This document shows positions 10,280 to 17,963 of a stretch of DNA of 50,597 nucleotides, one piece after another. Under the pieces are notes generated by a model, which was given only the letters and a program-made list of their open reading frames with translations, did no database searches and was not told where the DNA came from. Origin of the DNA: a virus (Duplodnaviria; Caudoviricetes); the IMG/VR virus record IMGVR_UViG_3300021964_000106, positions 1 through 50,597 of that record, one strand, 5' to 3'. Every line of letters starts with the position of its first letter. The stretch's first letter is position 1. A program made the position numbers and the translations under genes.

Positions 10280-11119
10280 TTATCCTTTGATTACCCTGCC
10301 TTCAGAGATAGCTTGATTAATTTCCTCTTCGTATTTATCAAACTGATCTACAGACATACGGGCAATCTCCCGTTCTGTCCAAACTTTTGCTTCTCTAGTG
10401 TCAACAGTCTTAGTCTTTGTAGAGACCATATCCGCTGCACTTGAAGTCGCAGGTCTGGACGGTTTAGAATTTTTAGACTGAGGGATACCGCTTTCAAGCT
10501 TATACAAGTCAATAGCACGGCTTGCTAAAGTAGCATTATCAGGATTGTTGTAAATCCAATTTTGTATTTCTTCAGGCTGATCTTTTGCCCATGTATGGAA
10601 ACTTTCGTCCCCACGAATCTGGTCAAAGTCGGGATGGCGTGACATCAACTCCGATTCAGCTTCTTTACGAGTAATATCAGCTTCACGTTTCTTAATGCTT
10701 ACCAACTCCTGACGAATGTCTGCAATCTGCTGTTCGCTACGCATGTGCGCTACAGTTTCTACAGTCTCATACAAATCGGGATACTTTTCCTTAAACTGTT
10801 CCAGCTCTTCAACAGACTTAGGTGCTTGATACTCTGGGGCTGCTGCCCTAGCTTGAGCAAGAAGCTGTTCCTCTTTCTGTTTAAACTCTGAAACACGATT
10901 ATCATAATGTTTCTTTAGATCGTCATACCTTTTCTTGTAATTTGTTTTACCGTCTCCCTTCGGGGCTTCAGCTTCTTTGCTGGAGGTGGCCTCTGGTTTT
11001 CTGGCGGTAAACAATGTATCAGCACTCACGAACTCTTTATCTGTTCCTTTGTGCCATTCCTTATTCATATTATAAGGATTTGCTTGTACTTCATCGTTAT
11101 CCATAACTGCTTCAGTCAT
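10280..11119 (-). CDS. Capsid scaffolding protein
   Basis: YKKRYDDLKKHY coiled coil, HPDF, and C-terminal EI..A..EGRV; GGAGA RBS supports start at 11119 (MTEAV). Confidence 0.8.
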   Translation of the reverse strand: MTEAVMDNDEVQANPYNMNKEWHKGTDKEFVSADTLFTARKPEATSSKEAEAPKGDGKTNYKKRYDDLKKHYDNRVSEFKQKEEQLLAQARAAAPEYQAPKSVEELEQFKEKYPDLYETVETVAHMRSEQQIADIRQELVSIKKREADITRKEAESELMSRHPDFDQIRGDESFHTWAKDQPEEIQNWIYNNPDNATLASRAIDLYKLESGIPQSKNSKPSRPATSSAADMVSTKTKTVDTREAKVWTEREIARMSVDQFDKYEEEINQAISEGRVIKG

Positions 11120-11131
11120 ACTATTCTCCAA

Positions 11132-11211
11132 ACGGGGCTTGTTGTCCACAAGGTAGCCATACCAATTAAGTCTCGTCAGACTAGTACGGGGCTTGGTACT
11201 ACAAGGTAGCC
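11132..11211 (-). repeat. Tandem pair of GGCTACCTTGT-N5/6-CAAGCCCCGT elements in scaffold leader
   Basis: Copies at 11132-11158 and 11186-11211; identical flanks, different loops. Confidence 0.85.
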
Positions 11212-11214
11212 GTA

Positions 11215-11874
11215 TTAACGTACACTAGGCATCTGATTAGCATCAAGCATTTGCTTACGAATTTCTTCGTCAGTCAATACACCTGTTGCAGGATCAGTGG
11301 GCCTAGTCATTAATCCACCGTCATAAGCCCTTTCTGCTTCATCCATCATTTTCTGAAGGTTTTCAGGGCCAATTTGATCGGTGGCTTTTTTAGTGATTAC
11401 AAATTCACCAGCAGATAGTCTTGCAGGTATTGAATCTGACACACCATTTCCCGGGCCATTAACCATACCTGACCCGACAAACTCTGAGGCAGTCTCTACA
11501 ACCTTGTCAAAGATTTGACTAAGCTGCGGATCTTGTCCCAAAGCATTCATTAGGTAGTCTTTTTCCTCATCTTCCAATGATTCATCAACTACGAAATCTA
11601 TATATTCTTGCATCATTTCTTCATCTGGAAGCTGTGATGCCATCGCCTCATCCATTTCTTCGGGCGGGATGTTGGGGTAAGTATCAACAGGTGCTGCTTC
11701 AGAAGCCATATCTGCCATTTCGGGAGGGACTAGCATACTTCCTTCAGCATATTTTTTCATCTTACCGCCAGCATACTTTTTCTCTTTATTTTCCATAGCG
11801 TAATATACCCGTTCACCTTTTTCTGAACCGTATTCTTTCTTCATGGCTTTCATTTTATCTTTGTTAACAGGCAT
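11215..11874 (-). CDS. Hypothetical virion-associated protein
   Basis: 219 aa; GMVNGPGNGVSDSIPARLSAGEFVI motif; acidic centre; between portal and scaffold. Confidence 0.6.
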   Translation of the reverse strand: MPVNKDKMKAMKKEYGSEKGERVYYAMENKEKKYAGGKMKKYAEGSMLVPPEMADMASEAAPVDTYPNIPPEEMDEAMASQLPDEEMMQEYIDFVVDESLEDEEKDYLMNALGQDPQLSQIFDKVVETASEFVGSGMVNGPGNGVSDSIPARLSAGEFVITKKATDQIGPENLQKMMDEAERAYDGGLMTRPTDPATGVLTDEEIRKQMLDANQMPSVR

Positions 11875-11884
11875 ATCTATACTC

Positions 11885-12040
11885 TTAAAAAATAATTATA
11901 AGGAGAACAAGTACAACTACAGCAGCTACTCCAGCTGTACCTGCACCAAGTTTTAAATCTTCTATACTATTAATAATAGCTTTTACTTTAGCACCAAGCT
12001 GATTACATAGTTCAGTAGCTTTTGTTTTTAAAAATGTCAT
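11885..12040 (-). CDS. Small protein with C-terminal transmembrane segment (51 aa)
   Basis: Hand-translated MTFLKTKA...AGTAGVAAVVVLVLLIIIF; ATGA overlap with upstream gene. Confidence 0.6.
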   Translation of the reverse strand: MTFLKTKATELCNQLGAKVKAIINSIEDLKLGAGTAGVAAVVVLVLLIIIF

Positions 12041-12291
12041 GTTCTATATTTCCTAGCTGTTGTAGCTGCCTTCTTTGGCTGTTTAGAAAACTGTTTACCT
12101 TTTTTAGTATCTTCTCTTTTCTTTCTTGTAGTAGCTGCATATTCGGCAGAAGACATAGCTTTAATAGCTTTTGCAGGTAAATATCTTTCACCTGTTGCCT
12201 TTGGCCCCTGAGTAGAAGGCTTACCACTTTTAGTAGTCCATTTCTGAGCAGTCCATTTTTTTAATGACTTCTGTGGTTTCTTTAACGCCAT
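12037..12291 (-). CDS. DUF5872-like small basic protein (C-terminal half type)
   Basis: SLKKWTAQKWTTKSG...GERYLP.KA...S..EYAAT.RKK. Confidence 0.6.
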   Translation of the reverse strand: MALKKPQKSLKKWTAQKWTTKSGKPSTQGPKATGERYLPAKAIKAMSSAEYAATTRKKREDTKKGKQFSKQPKKAATTARKYRT

Positions 12292-12461
12292 TGAGACCTA
12301 GCCTTTTCTTTTGCTTTCTTGGACAAATCACCGTAGTGAAATAAATTAACAGACTTACTGCTCATAGTTTTACCAGACATTAGCTTACCGTCTGGGTGTT
12401 TATGGTACTCACCTTTGTGGACAGTACCATCTTTTTTATAATGTTTAACGCCCATACCCAT
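12282..12461 (-). CDS. Small His/Lys-rich protein (59 aa)
   Basis: Hand-translated MGMGVKHYKKDGTVHKGEYHKHPDGKLMSGK...; TAATG coupling to upstream gene. Confidence 0.65.
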   Translation of the reverse strand: MGMGVKHYKKDGTVHKGEYHKHPDGKLMSGKTMSSKSVNLFHYGDLSKKAKEKARSQWR

Positions 12462-12640
12462 TATGATTTATATCCCCCGCCTTTAGCTTTATACTCTTTG
12501 GCTAACATCTGAGCTTTACGCGCACTCCACTGTCCGGGTTTACCACCTTTATCACCAGCCTTTATCTTTTTAAATAGCCTTTCTCGCATAGTAGGCTTGG
12601 TGTAATTTCCTGCTTTATTTACTGTTGACTTTTTTTTCAT
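12461..12640 (-). CDS. DUF5872-like small basic protein (N-terminal half type, 59 aa)
   Basis: Hand-translated MKKKSTVNKAGNYTKPTMRERLFKKIKAGDKGGKPGQWSARKAQMLAKEYKAKGGGYKS. Confidence 0.7.
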   Translation of the reverse strand: MKKKSTVNKAGNYTKPTMRERLFKKIKAGDKGGKPGQWSARKAQMLAKEYKAKGGGYKS

Positions 12641-12649
12641 GGGTAAAAG

Positions 12650-12883
12650 TTATGAAGTTTTACTTTCGTTAAGAGTTCTTCTTACATTATCTTTAAGCTG
12701 CTCTAGGCGTTCCAGAGAATTCACTCTCCCCTGACTGCGGTACAGCTCCAGTTCCGATGTTGCCCCCACCAGTACCCGTAACTCCAAGGTCTTGGCCTTC
12801 TGGAGGTACTCCTTCAGGGCTTCCCATAGTTCCGGGTTGTTCACCACCGGGGCCAGCTTGTGGGCCAGTTCCTTGTCCAGCAT
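12650..12883 (-). CDS. Small helical protein overlapping portal 3' end
   Basis: 77 aa amphipathic (ELYRSQGRVNSLERLEQLKD); AGGA upstream of ATG; fills the gap to the next gene. Confidence 0.65.
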   Translation of the reverse strand: MLDKELAHKLAPVVNNPELWEALKEYLQKAKTLELRVLVGATSELELYRSQGRVNSLERLEQLKDNVRRTLNESKTS

Positions 12884-14867
12884 TTTGTAGTCCTATGATT
12901 TGTGCCATAATAGCTGCTTCTTCTGGATCATTAAGAATTTCTTCTGGGTCAAGTTCCAGAGAGTAAGCAAGTTCGCTAATAAGTTTATTTATTTTTATGA
13001 AAGGTGCAATAGCAGGATTCTGTGCGGTCTGTAAGAACATAGTCAATCGTTGACTACGTACTTCTTTCTGCATCAAGCTATTTGTACCTGTGGCCTTAAC
13101 TTCCAAATCACCTTCTACATTTAACTTAGAATCTAGGAACTGCATGTTCCACTGAAAGTAAGCTTCTCCAAGTGGGCGTAAAAGAAAATCATCAAGATTC
13201 TTTATTACTGTTTTTATATTTAGTGAGGCTGCACCTAGTAGCATGGACATACCAGATGCGGTTCTAGTCATACTCTGTACGCCAGTTTGACCATGAGAGT
13301 AACTAGGAATACCTGTCTGTTCGTCAGCTAACTGCCGGAACCGATCAAACATCATCATGTTTTCATTAGAGGTATTGGGGAACTTTAATCCATTTATCGC
13401 TTGACCGGGAACCCCTGCTTGTCTTCTAAAGATTTTGCCGGGGTATATTTCCATACTCTGACCGCCAACAAGAGCAGACTCATCTACGTCAAAGACTAGT
13501 GAGCCAGACAATGCCAGATTATCAATAGCCATTCGTGCATGACCATTCATAATTTTCTGGGAGTCATCCATGTTTTCTGCTACGCCAATACCAAAGAAGC
13601 TATATGGATTACGCTCGTAGGAGAAGGCGTGGTATGGAATGCGATGAGGTGTGAATGGATTAATAACAGCCCTGAGTATTTTACCATTACATATCCAAGC
13701 ATTTATTTGAACTTCATCCAATGAATCCACATCTTCAGGAAGTTCCATGCCAATCTGCTCGGCATACTCAGCATCCATTATTCCCCAATACTCTAATACT
13801 TCGTACTGGCCTGAACCATAATCTTCTGAACGCTGGTCATCTTTTAACTCGTGTTCATAATCTTCTGGCTCGTAGTTCGGCCCCATCATCAGGCACTCAC
13901 GAATAGCATCCTTATCAAAGTAAGGCATCTTTGCTAACGCACGAACCTGAGACTTGTTCATTTTATGACGATGGAAAGCATACTCAGCTTCTGCTATTGA
14001 TGTTGCATTTGGATCGGGAAAGAAATCCCAGATGCTTACAAACTCAATGCGGGGAACTCGTACATCAACCGGGGAGTAGGTTCTAGTTCCGTCTTCTGCT
14101 TCTTCCCAACGATTCAAAGTCTTATTAAAATTAAATGGGCCTTTGACAATACCTGTGCCAAAAAGCGCAGCTTCAAACAATGCGCTTCTTATTTCGCTTG
14201 ATCCATTAGACTCTTCTATCTGATCATGGATAAGTTTTTCCATCCGTCTTGCAGCAGCCTGTGCTGGCTTAACTTCATACATGTTAGGGATTGGAGTTGA
14301 GCCGGGGCTTAGGTTATCAGCTACTACTGCATCAATATCTTCCTGCTGACCTTTTACATATGTACTACCTGCTGATTTTACATCTCGTCCATCACCAGCA
14401 TAACCTACATTAAAAGGGTCTTCTGTTTCAGCTTGAGGGCTGGTAGTTTCAATTCCGGGGAGGGGAGTAGAAGGATTAAGGTGGGCATATTCAGTTGCCC
14501 CTTCTGGCATCTTAGTTTCAGATATGCCAATAGGAAACTTACCCGCACCAAAAATAACATCAACCAACTGACCATAGGCTGCAAGTACTTTTGTTTTAGT
14601 TACTTTAACAAATACCCTAGACTTTTCTGACTCACGAAACTTAACATGCTTTGGGTACATACCACGATAGTTGTGGTAGCCAGTGATCCAACGCTTTTCG
14701 TCATAATCCCTTGCTTGCTGGGCTGCAATATAACGGTCAGTAATAAGACCAACAAACTGGTTGTGCAGCTGTTCTTCAAGAGTTAATACTCTAGCATCTT
14801 CACCTGCTACTTCTTGGAAGTAGATATCATCTGCTCCCATTACTATGCTGTTATCTTCTTCTGCCAT
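12693..14867 (-). CDS. Portal protein
   Basis: 724 aa after terL; GTGIVKGP, VSIWDFFPDP, FFGIGVAE, TGIPSYSHG, RTASGMSML motifs. Confidence 0.92.
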   Translation of the reverse strand: MAEEDNSIVMGADDIYFQEVAGEDARVLTLEEQLHNQFVGLITDRYIAAQQARDYDEKRWITGYHNYRGMYPKHVKFRESEKSRVFVKVTKTKVLAAYGQLVDVIFGAGKFPIGISETKMPEGATEYAHLNPSTPLPGIETTSPQAETEDPFNVGYAGDGRDVKSAGSTYVKGQQEDIDAVVADNLSPGSTPIPNMYEVKPAQAAARRMEKLIHDQIEESNGSSEIRSALFEAALFGTGIVKGPFNFNKTLNRWEEAEDGTRTYSPVDVRVPRIEFVSIWDFFPDPNATSIAEAEYAFHRHKMNKSQVRALAKMPYFDKDAIRECLMMGPNYEPEDYEHELKDDQRSEDYGSGQYEVLEYWGIMDAEYAEQIGMELPEDVDSLDEVQINAWICNGKILRAVINPFTPHRIPYHAFSYERNPYSFFGIGVAENMDDSQKIMNGHARMAIDNLALSGSLVFDVDESALVGGQSMEIYPGKIFRRQAGVPGQAINGLKFPNTSNENMMMFDRFRQLADEQTGIPSYSHGQTGVQSMTRTASGMSMLLGAASLNIKTVIKNLDDFLLRPLGEAYFQWNMQFLDSKLNVEGDLEVKATGTNSLMQKEVRSQRLTMFLQTAQNPAIAPFIKINKLISELAYSLELDPEEILNDPEEAAIMAQIIGLQNAGQGTGPQAGPGGEQPGTMGSPEGVPPEGQDLGVTGTGGGNIGTGAVPQSGESEFSGTPRAA

Positions 14868-14877
14868 TTATATTCCT

Positions 14878-16557
14878 TTAATACCCAAACTCTGAATCAG
14901 CAGGAGTATATGCTTGCTCTAGTCTTAAATGCCTTAATCTAGAAATAGGATCTTCAATTCTAGGTCTAGACATAATTAAATATCTTAATGCATCATACGC
15001 ATGGTCAGATGCGTGTGTATCTACATCTTCGGGGTTTGATTTGTCCAGAGGAATACTTTGAAGTTCCCGTATCAGATTAGGGCAAGTATTAAATATTTGT
15101 AGTCGTGGCCTTCCGTTTTGGCGTAACTTCAAGTATTCGTGGATTTGTATTTTACCGGGTATTCTTGCCTTATCAGCCCTTCTTAGTTTATGTCCTGTCT
15201 TTATTAAGGCTTCTCCTACAGTTGGGCCAGTAGCCCCTGTCTTAGCCCATGCTGCTGTATCTAGTACTCCCGGTACAGAAAAAGGATCATCTAGTTCCAT
15301 TTCAGTTATAAGATGTCCTAAATCCTCGCCAGTTAAACCTTTAAGATATAACTCACGATATATTATCAGGGTTCCGTCTGAGGGGTCAACACACCCCCAC
15401 ACACATGCACTTTCAGAGGCATACCCGTAGTCAATGCCTTTAACTCTTTCCCATCCAATAGGAATTGCAAACGGAGTTATAACGTGCGCTTCACTATCAA
15501 ACTCCGTAAATGCTGCGCCCTCTGCAATATCCCAATTGCCTTCCAGCAGTTGTCTACGCTGAACATCTGGCAGGGCTTTCAGCATTTGCTCATACCTGCC
15601 ATCTGTAGCAAGGTACGGGTTGTCGTCTAAGCGGGCTGGTATAAACTTACGGGATAGCCCATCTTCACCCTTAAACGACTCGTGCGGGGGGTTAGGATCA
15701 ATGTATCGTTTCTTAACCCAGTTCGCACCTATGCCACCCGGGTTGGCGGTACACCTCATGTACGGTGTTATCTCCGGGTCAGTTGTTCTGAGTCGGGAAG
15801 CCAGATAGTTCCAACCAAACTCAGTGGGCAGATGCGTTATCTCATCAAACCCAATCCAACTGTATGCTTGTCCTTGGTAGCGGTACACATCAGCATCTCG
15901 CTCCAAGAATCCAAATTCTACTTTAGCCCCGCTTGGAAAGTTCCAAAGCTTTTCTACTTCTCGGTACTTACAACCGGGGAACGCACGGGGGTACAACTCC
16001 CGGCTCTTGTCAATCAATTCCCTTAGTTCGGGCATTGATCGTCTTAATATCAGTGCGCGGTGGGCTGCTCTATGCGCATAACGCAATGGATCAATAAGCA
16101 TTGCGTAACTTTTACCACCACCAGCTGCACCACCATACAGTACATCTGTCTCGGGTGCAGCTAAAAATTCTGTCTGTGGCCCTTCGTTTGCTTTGAAGAT
16201 TACATTATCTTGTACTTCTTCTCGCAATGACTTCGGCACTTTGGATAAGACATCAGTATCAATTACTTTACTGCCCTTATCCTTCTCTAGCTTTGAGAGG
16301 GTCTCTTTGGACGCTCTGAGCTTTTCTCGCTGTTGGTGTAGCTTGACCCTATCCTTTTCTAACTTTCGCTCTCGCGCCTTTACAGAGCGTCTGGCGACCA
16401 TCTTTGCTTTTGTCTCAGAATGAAAGTGGTAGCCCCTGCTTTTTGACCCCTTGGGTCTGCCAGTTTTTTTGCGGGGCGTACCATCTTTCTTTAAAACAAA
16501 GTTACCGTCTTCGTCTTTTAGGTAGTCGTCCGGGTTATTGTCCCAATCGTTCGTCAC
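14878..16557 (-). CDS. terL: Terminase large subunit
   Basis: Walker A YGGAAGGGKS, Walker B IGFDEIT, motif III TANPGG, nuclease GIDYG and DHAYDALRY. Confidence 0.95.
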   Translation of the reverse strand: MTNDWDNNPDDYLKDEDGNFVLKKDGTPRKKTGRPKGSKSRGYHFHSETKAKMVARRSVKARERKLEKDRVKLHQQREKLRASKETLSKLEKDKGSKVIDTDVLSKVPKSLREEVQDNVIFKANEGPQTEFLAAPETDVLYGGAAGGGKSYAMLIDPLRYAHRAAHRALILRRSMPELRELIDKSRELYPRAFPGCKYREVEKLWNFPSGAKVEFGFLERDADVYRYQGQAYSWIGFDEITHLPTEFGWNYLASRLRTTDPEITPYMRCTANPGGIGANWVKKRYIDPNPPHESFKGEDGLSRKFIPARLDDNPYLATDGRYEQMLKALPDVQRRQLLEGNWDIAEGAAFTEFDSEAHVITPFAIPIGWERVKGIDYGYASESACVWGCVDPSDGTLIIYRELYLKGLTGEDLGHLITEMELDDPFSVPGVLDTAAWAKTGATGPTVGEALIKTGHKLRRADKARIPGKIQIHEYLKLRQNGRPRLQIFNTCPNLIRELQSIPLDKSNPEDVDTHASDHAYDALRYLIMSRPRIEDPISRLRHLRLEQAYTPADSEFGY

Positions 16558-16768
16558 GTTTGATTATCTGCCTCAGTCCTACATGGCTTAACGGTCTGCC
16601 AGTAATGTAACTTAAATACTCTGCACCTTCGCGGAGACTAAAAGAGTTTTCTTTTACTAACTTCTTGGTCTCTGCTAGTGCTGCCAGTTCAACATCAACT
16701 GGTATTAGTGTATTCGTTTCTTCATCTAAGGTGTAGCCAAACGGGATTGTACTGCTTGTTCTACGCAT
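16535..16768 (-). CDS. Small putative DNA-binding protein
   Basis: IPFGY..D.....L...E motif followed by HTH-like SLREGAEYL...GRPLSHVGLRQII, resembling the serine-recombinase DNA-binding subdomain without a catalytic domain. Confidence 0.55.
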   Translation of the reverse strand: MRRTSSTIPFGYTLDEETNTLIPVDVELAALAETKKLVKENSFSLREGAEYLSYITGRPLSHVGLRQIIKRDERLGQ

Positions 16769-17141
16769 CTTCCCTGATCATCTCTTTGGCGGGGAGTATA
16801 AATAAACCACCCTGCACATTGTTGTTTACTTCAAGCCTATCCTGTCGTCCCAAACCTGTACGATCTAATATCGTTTGGGCTGCCTGAAGTTTTAAGTTAG
16901 CTTGAGGTAGCGGAGCATCTGAGTTCATAACCTCTACTAACTTCATTGCGGCTCTAGGGGCAGACTGTGCAAGTATACCTGAAGCAAGTTCTACGATCTC
17001 GTGCTTTAGGGATTTGATTACTTGGTAGTGGCTGTTGTCACTGTACCCAGCTAGTTCCGCTGCTTTCTTTGGATCACCTCCTGTTGTTACAAGGTTATCA
17101 AGAAAACTTTGCTGTTTAATTGTTAATTCTTTATTTGACAT
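16761..17141 (-). CDS. terS: Terminase small subunit (probable)
   Basis: LT.KQQ.FL...GGDPKKAAELAGYS HTH N-terminus, AAQTILDRTGLG; upstream of terL. Confidence 0.75.
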   Translation of the reverse strand: MSNKELTIKQQSFLDNLVTTGGDPKKAAELAGYSDNSHYQVIKSLKHEIVELASGILAQSAPRAAMKLVEVMNSDAPLPQANLKLQAAQTILDRTGLGRQDRLEVNNNVQGGLFILPAKEMIREDA

Positions 17142-17148
17142 ACAGAGT

Positions 17149-17177
17149 ATTATACAGGTTATTTACAGTTTTGTCAA
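17149..17177 (-). promoter_or_regulatory. Consensus sigma70 promoter driving the packaging/structural arm
   Basis: Minus strand TTGACA (17177-17172), 17-nt spacer, TATAAT (17154-17149). Confidence 0.88.
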
Positions 17178-17184
17178 GTATTTC

Positions 17185-17213
17185 TTGACAAAAAGCTAAT
17201 TCAGCTGTATAAT
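17185..17213 (+). promoter_or_regulatory. Consensus sigma70 promoter facing the non-coding region
   Basis: TTGACA (17185-17190), 17-nt spacer, TATAAT (17208-17213). Confidence 0.85.
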
Positions 17214-17468
17214 ATAGATTACTAGCCCCCCGGGGCCACACCTAGTACATGGGCAAGCAGTATTTATAACTTTAAAAGCCCGACCAAAATCCTTAACTCC
17301 CCTAGTAATACCCAGAGTCCCCCACTAGAGTACTGGCGAGTACCCCTACAAGTACTGCCCGCCCGGTCTCTAGAAGACCCGCCCAAACTGATTAACACCC
17401 TAACCTGCGCAAATTGTATATGATTTAGTATATATATGGGGGGTAGCCCCATGGCCTCCTGCCCACCC

Positions 17469-17809
17469 CCTTAGTCTTGGAAGACTAAGGTGGTGTTGTA
17501 GACCTTGAAAGTAACTTTAGTTACTTTTAACCTCTAAAGCTTTGCTTTAGGACTCCACCAACTACTCAATCATCCTGATTGAGAACTTTCCAGACCTCTC
17601 AGACCTCTAAAGCTCTGCTTTAGGATTAGCTAGTTACCAAAGGATTTAAGAATCCTTTGAATTGTTAAAGTAAAACTTTAACCTAGACAGATTCCAAAGG
17701 AATCAGTAGCTTACAGAGTTATTTGCCCCAACTTAAAACTCTTAAACGAGTTTTAAAAAACCCCGCCAAAAACCTCTCCTCACCCGCGCATACCTGCACA
17801 TGATGCAGG
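17469..17809. repeat. Array of about 10 short perfect inverted repeats
   Basis: Stems of 6-10 bp with 2-6 nt loops, listed in findings; includes direct repeat ACCTCTAAAGCT(T/C)TGCTTTAGGA at 17530 and 17603. Confidence 0.9.
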
Positions 17810-17868
17810 GTTTCTTCGCCTGTTTTAGTGTGCATTATGCGCAGGAAAAATCACGCACCAGAAACTTG

Positions 17869-17898
17869 TTGACACTTTTTGGAATCTGTGAGTTTAAT
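17869..17898 (+). promoter_or_regulatory. Probable sigma70 early promoter
   Basis: TTGACA (17869-17874), 18-nt spacer, TTTAAT; about 65 nt upstream of first early ATG. Confidence 0.55.
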
Positions 17899-17963
17899 GT
17901 TTAGGCCTCGGCAAATTGGGGCAACAAAAACTAAAACACACACAACTCCAAAGGAGCATACAC

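Noticed and set aside
16535-16768. Serine integrase indicating a temperate lifestyle
   Set aside because: Only 77 aa resembling the DNA-binding subdomain; no catalytic domain, repressor module or att site seen.
17264-17452. 62-aa minus-strand ORF in the non-coding gap
   Set aside because: No RBS or recognisable motif, atypical composition, and it lies upstream of the leftward promoter.
17220-17960. tRNA genes
   Set aside because: No cloverleaf with T-loop GTTCRA and D-loop consensus was found by eye here or in other gaps.
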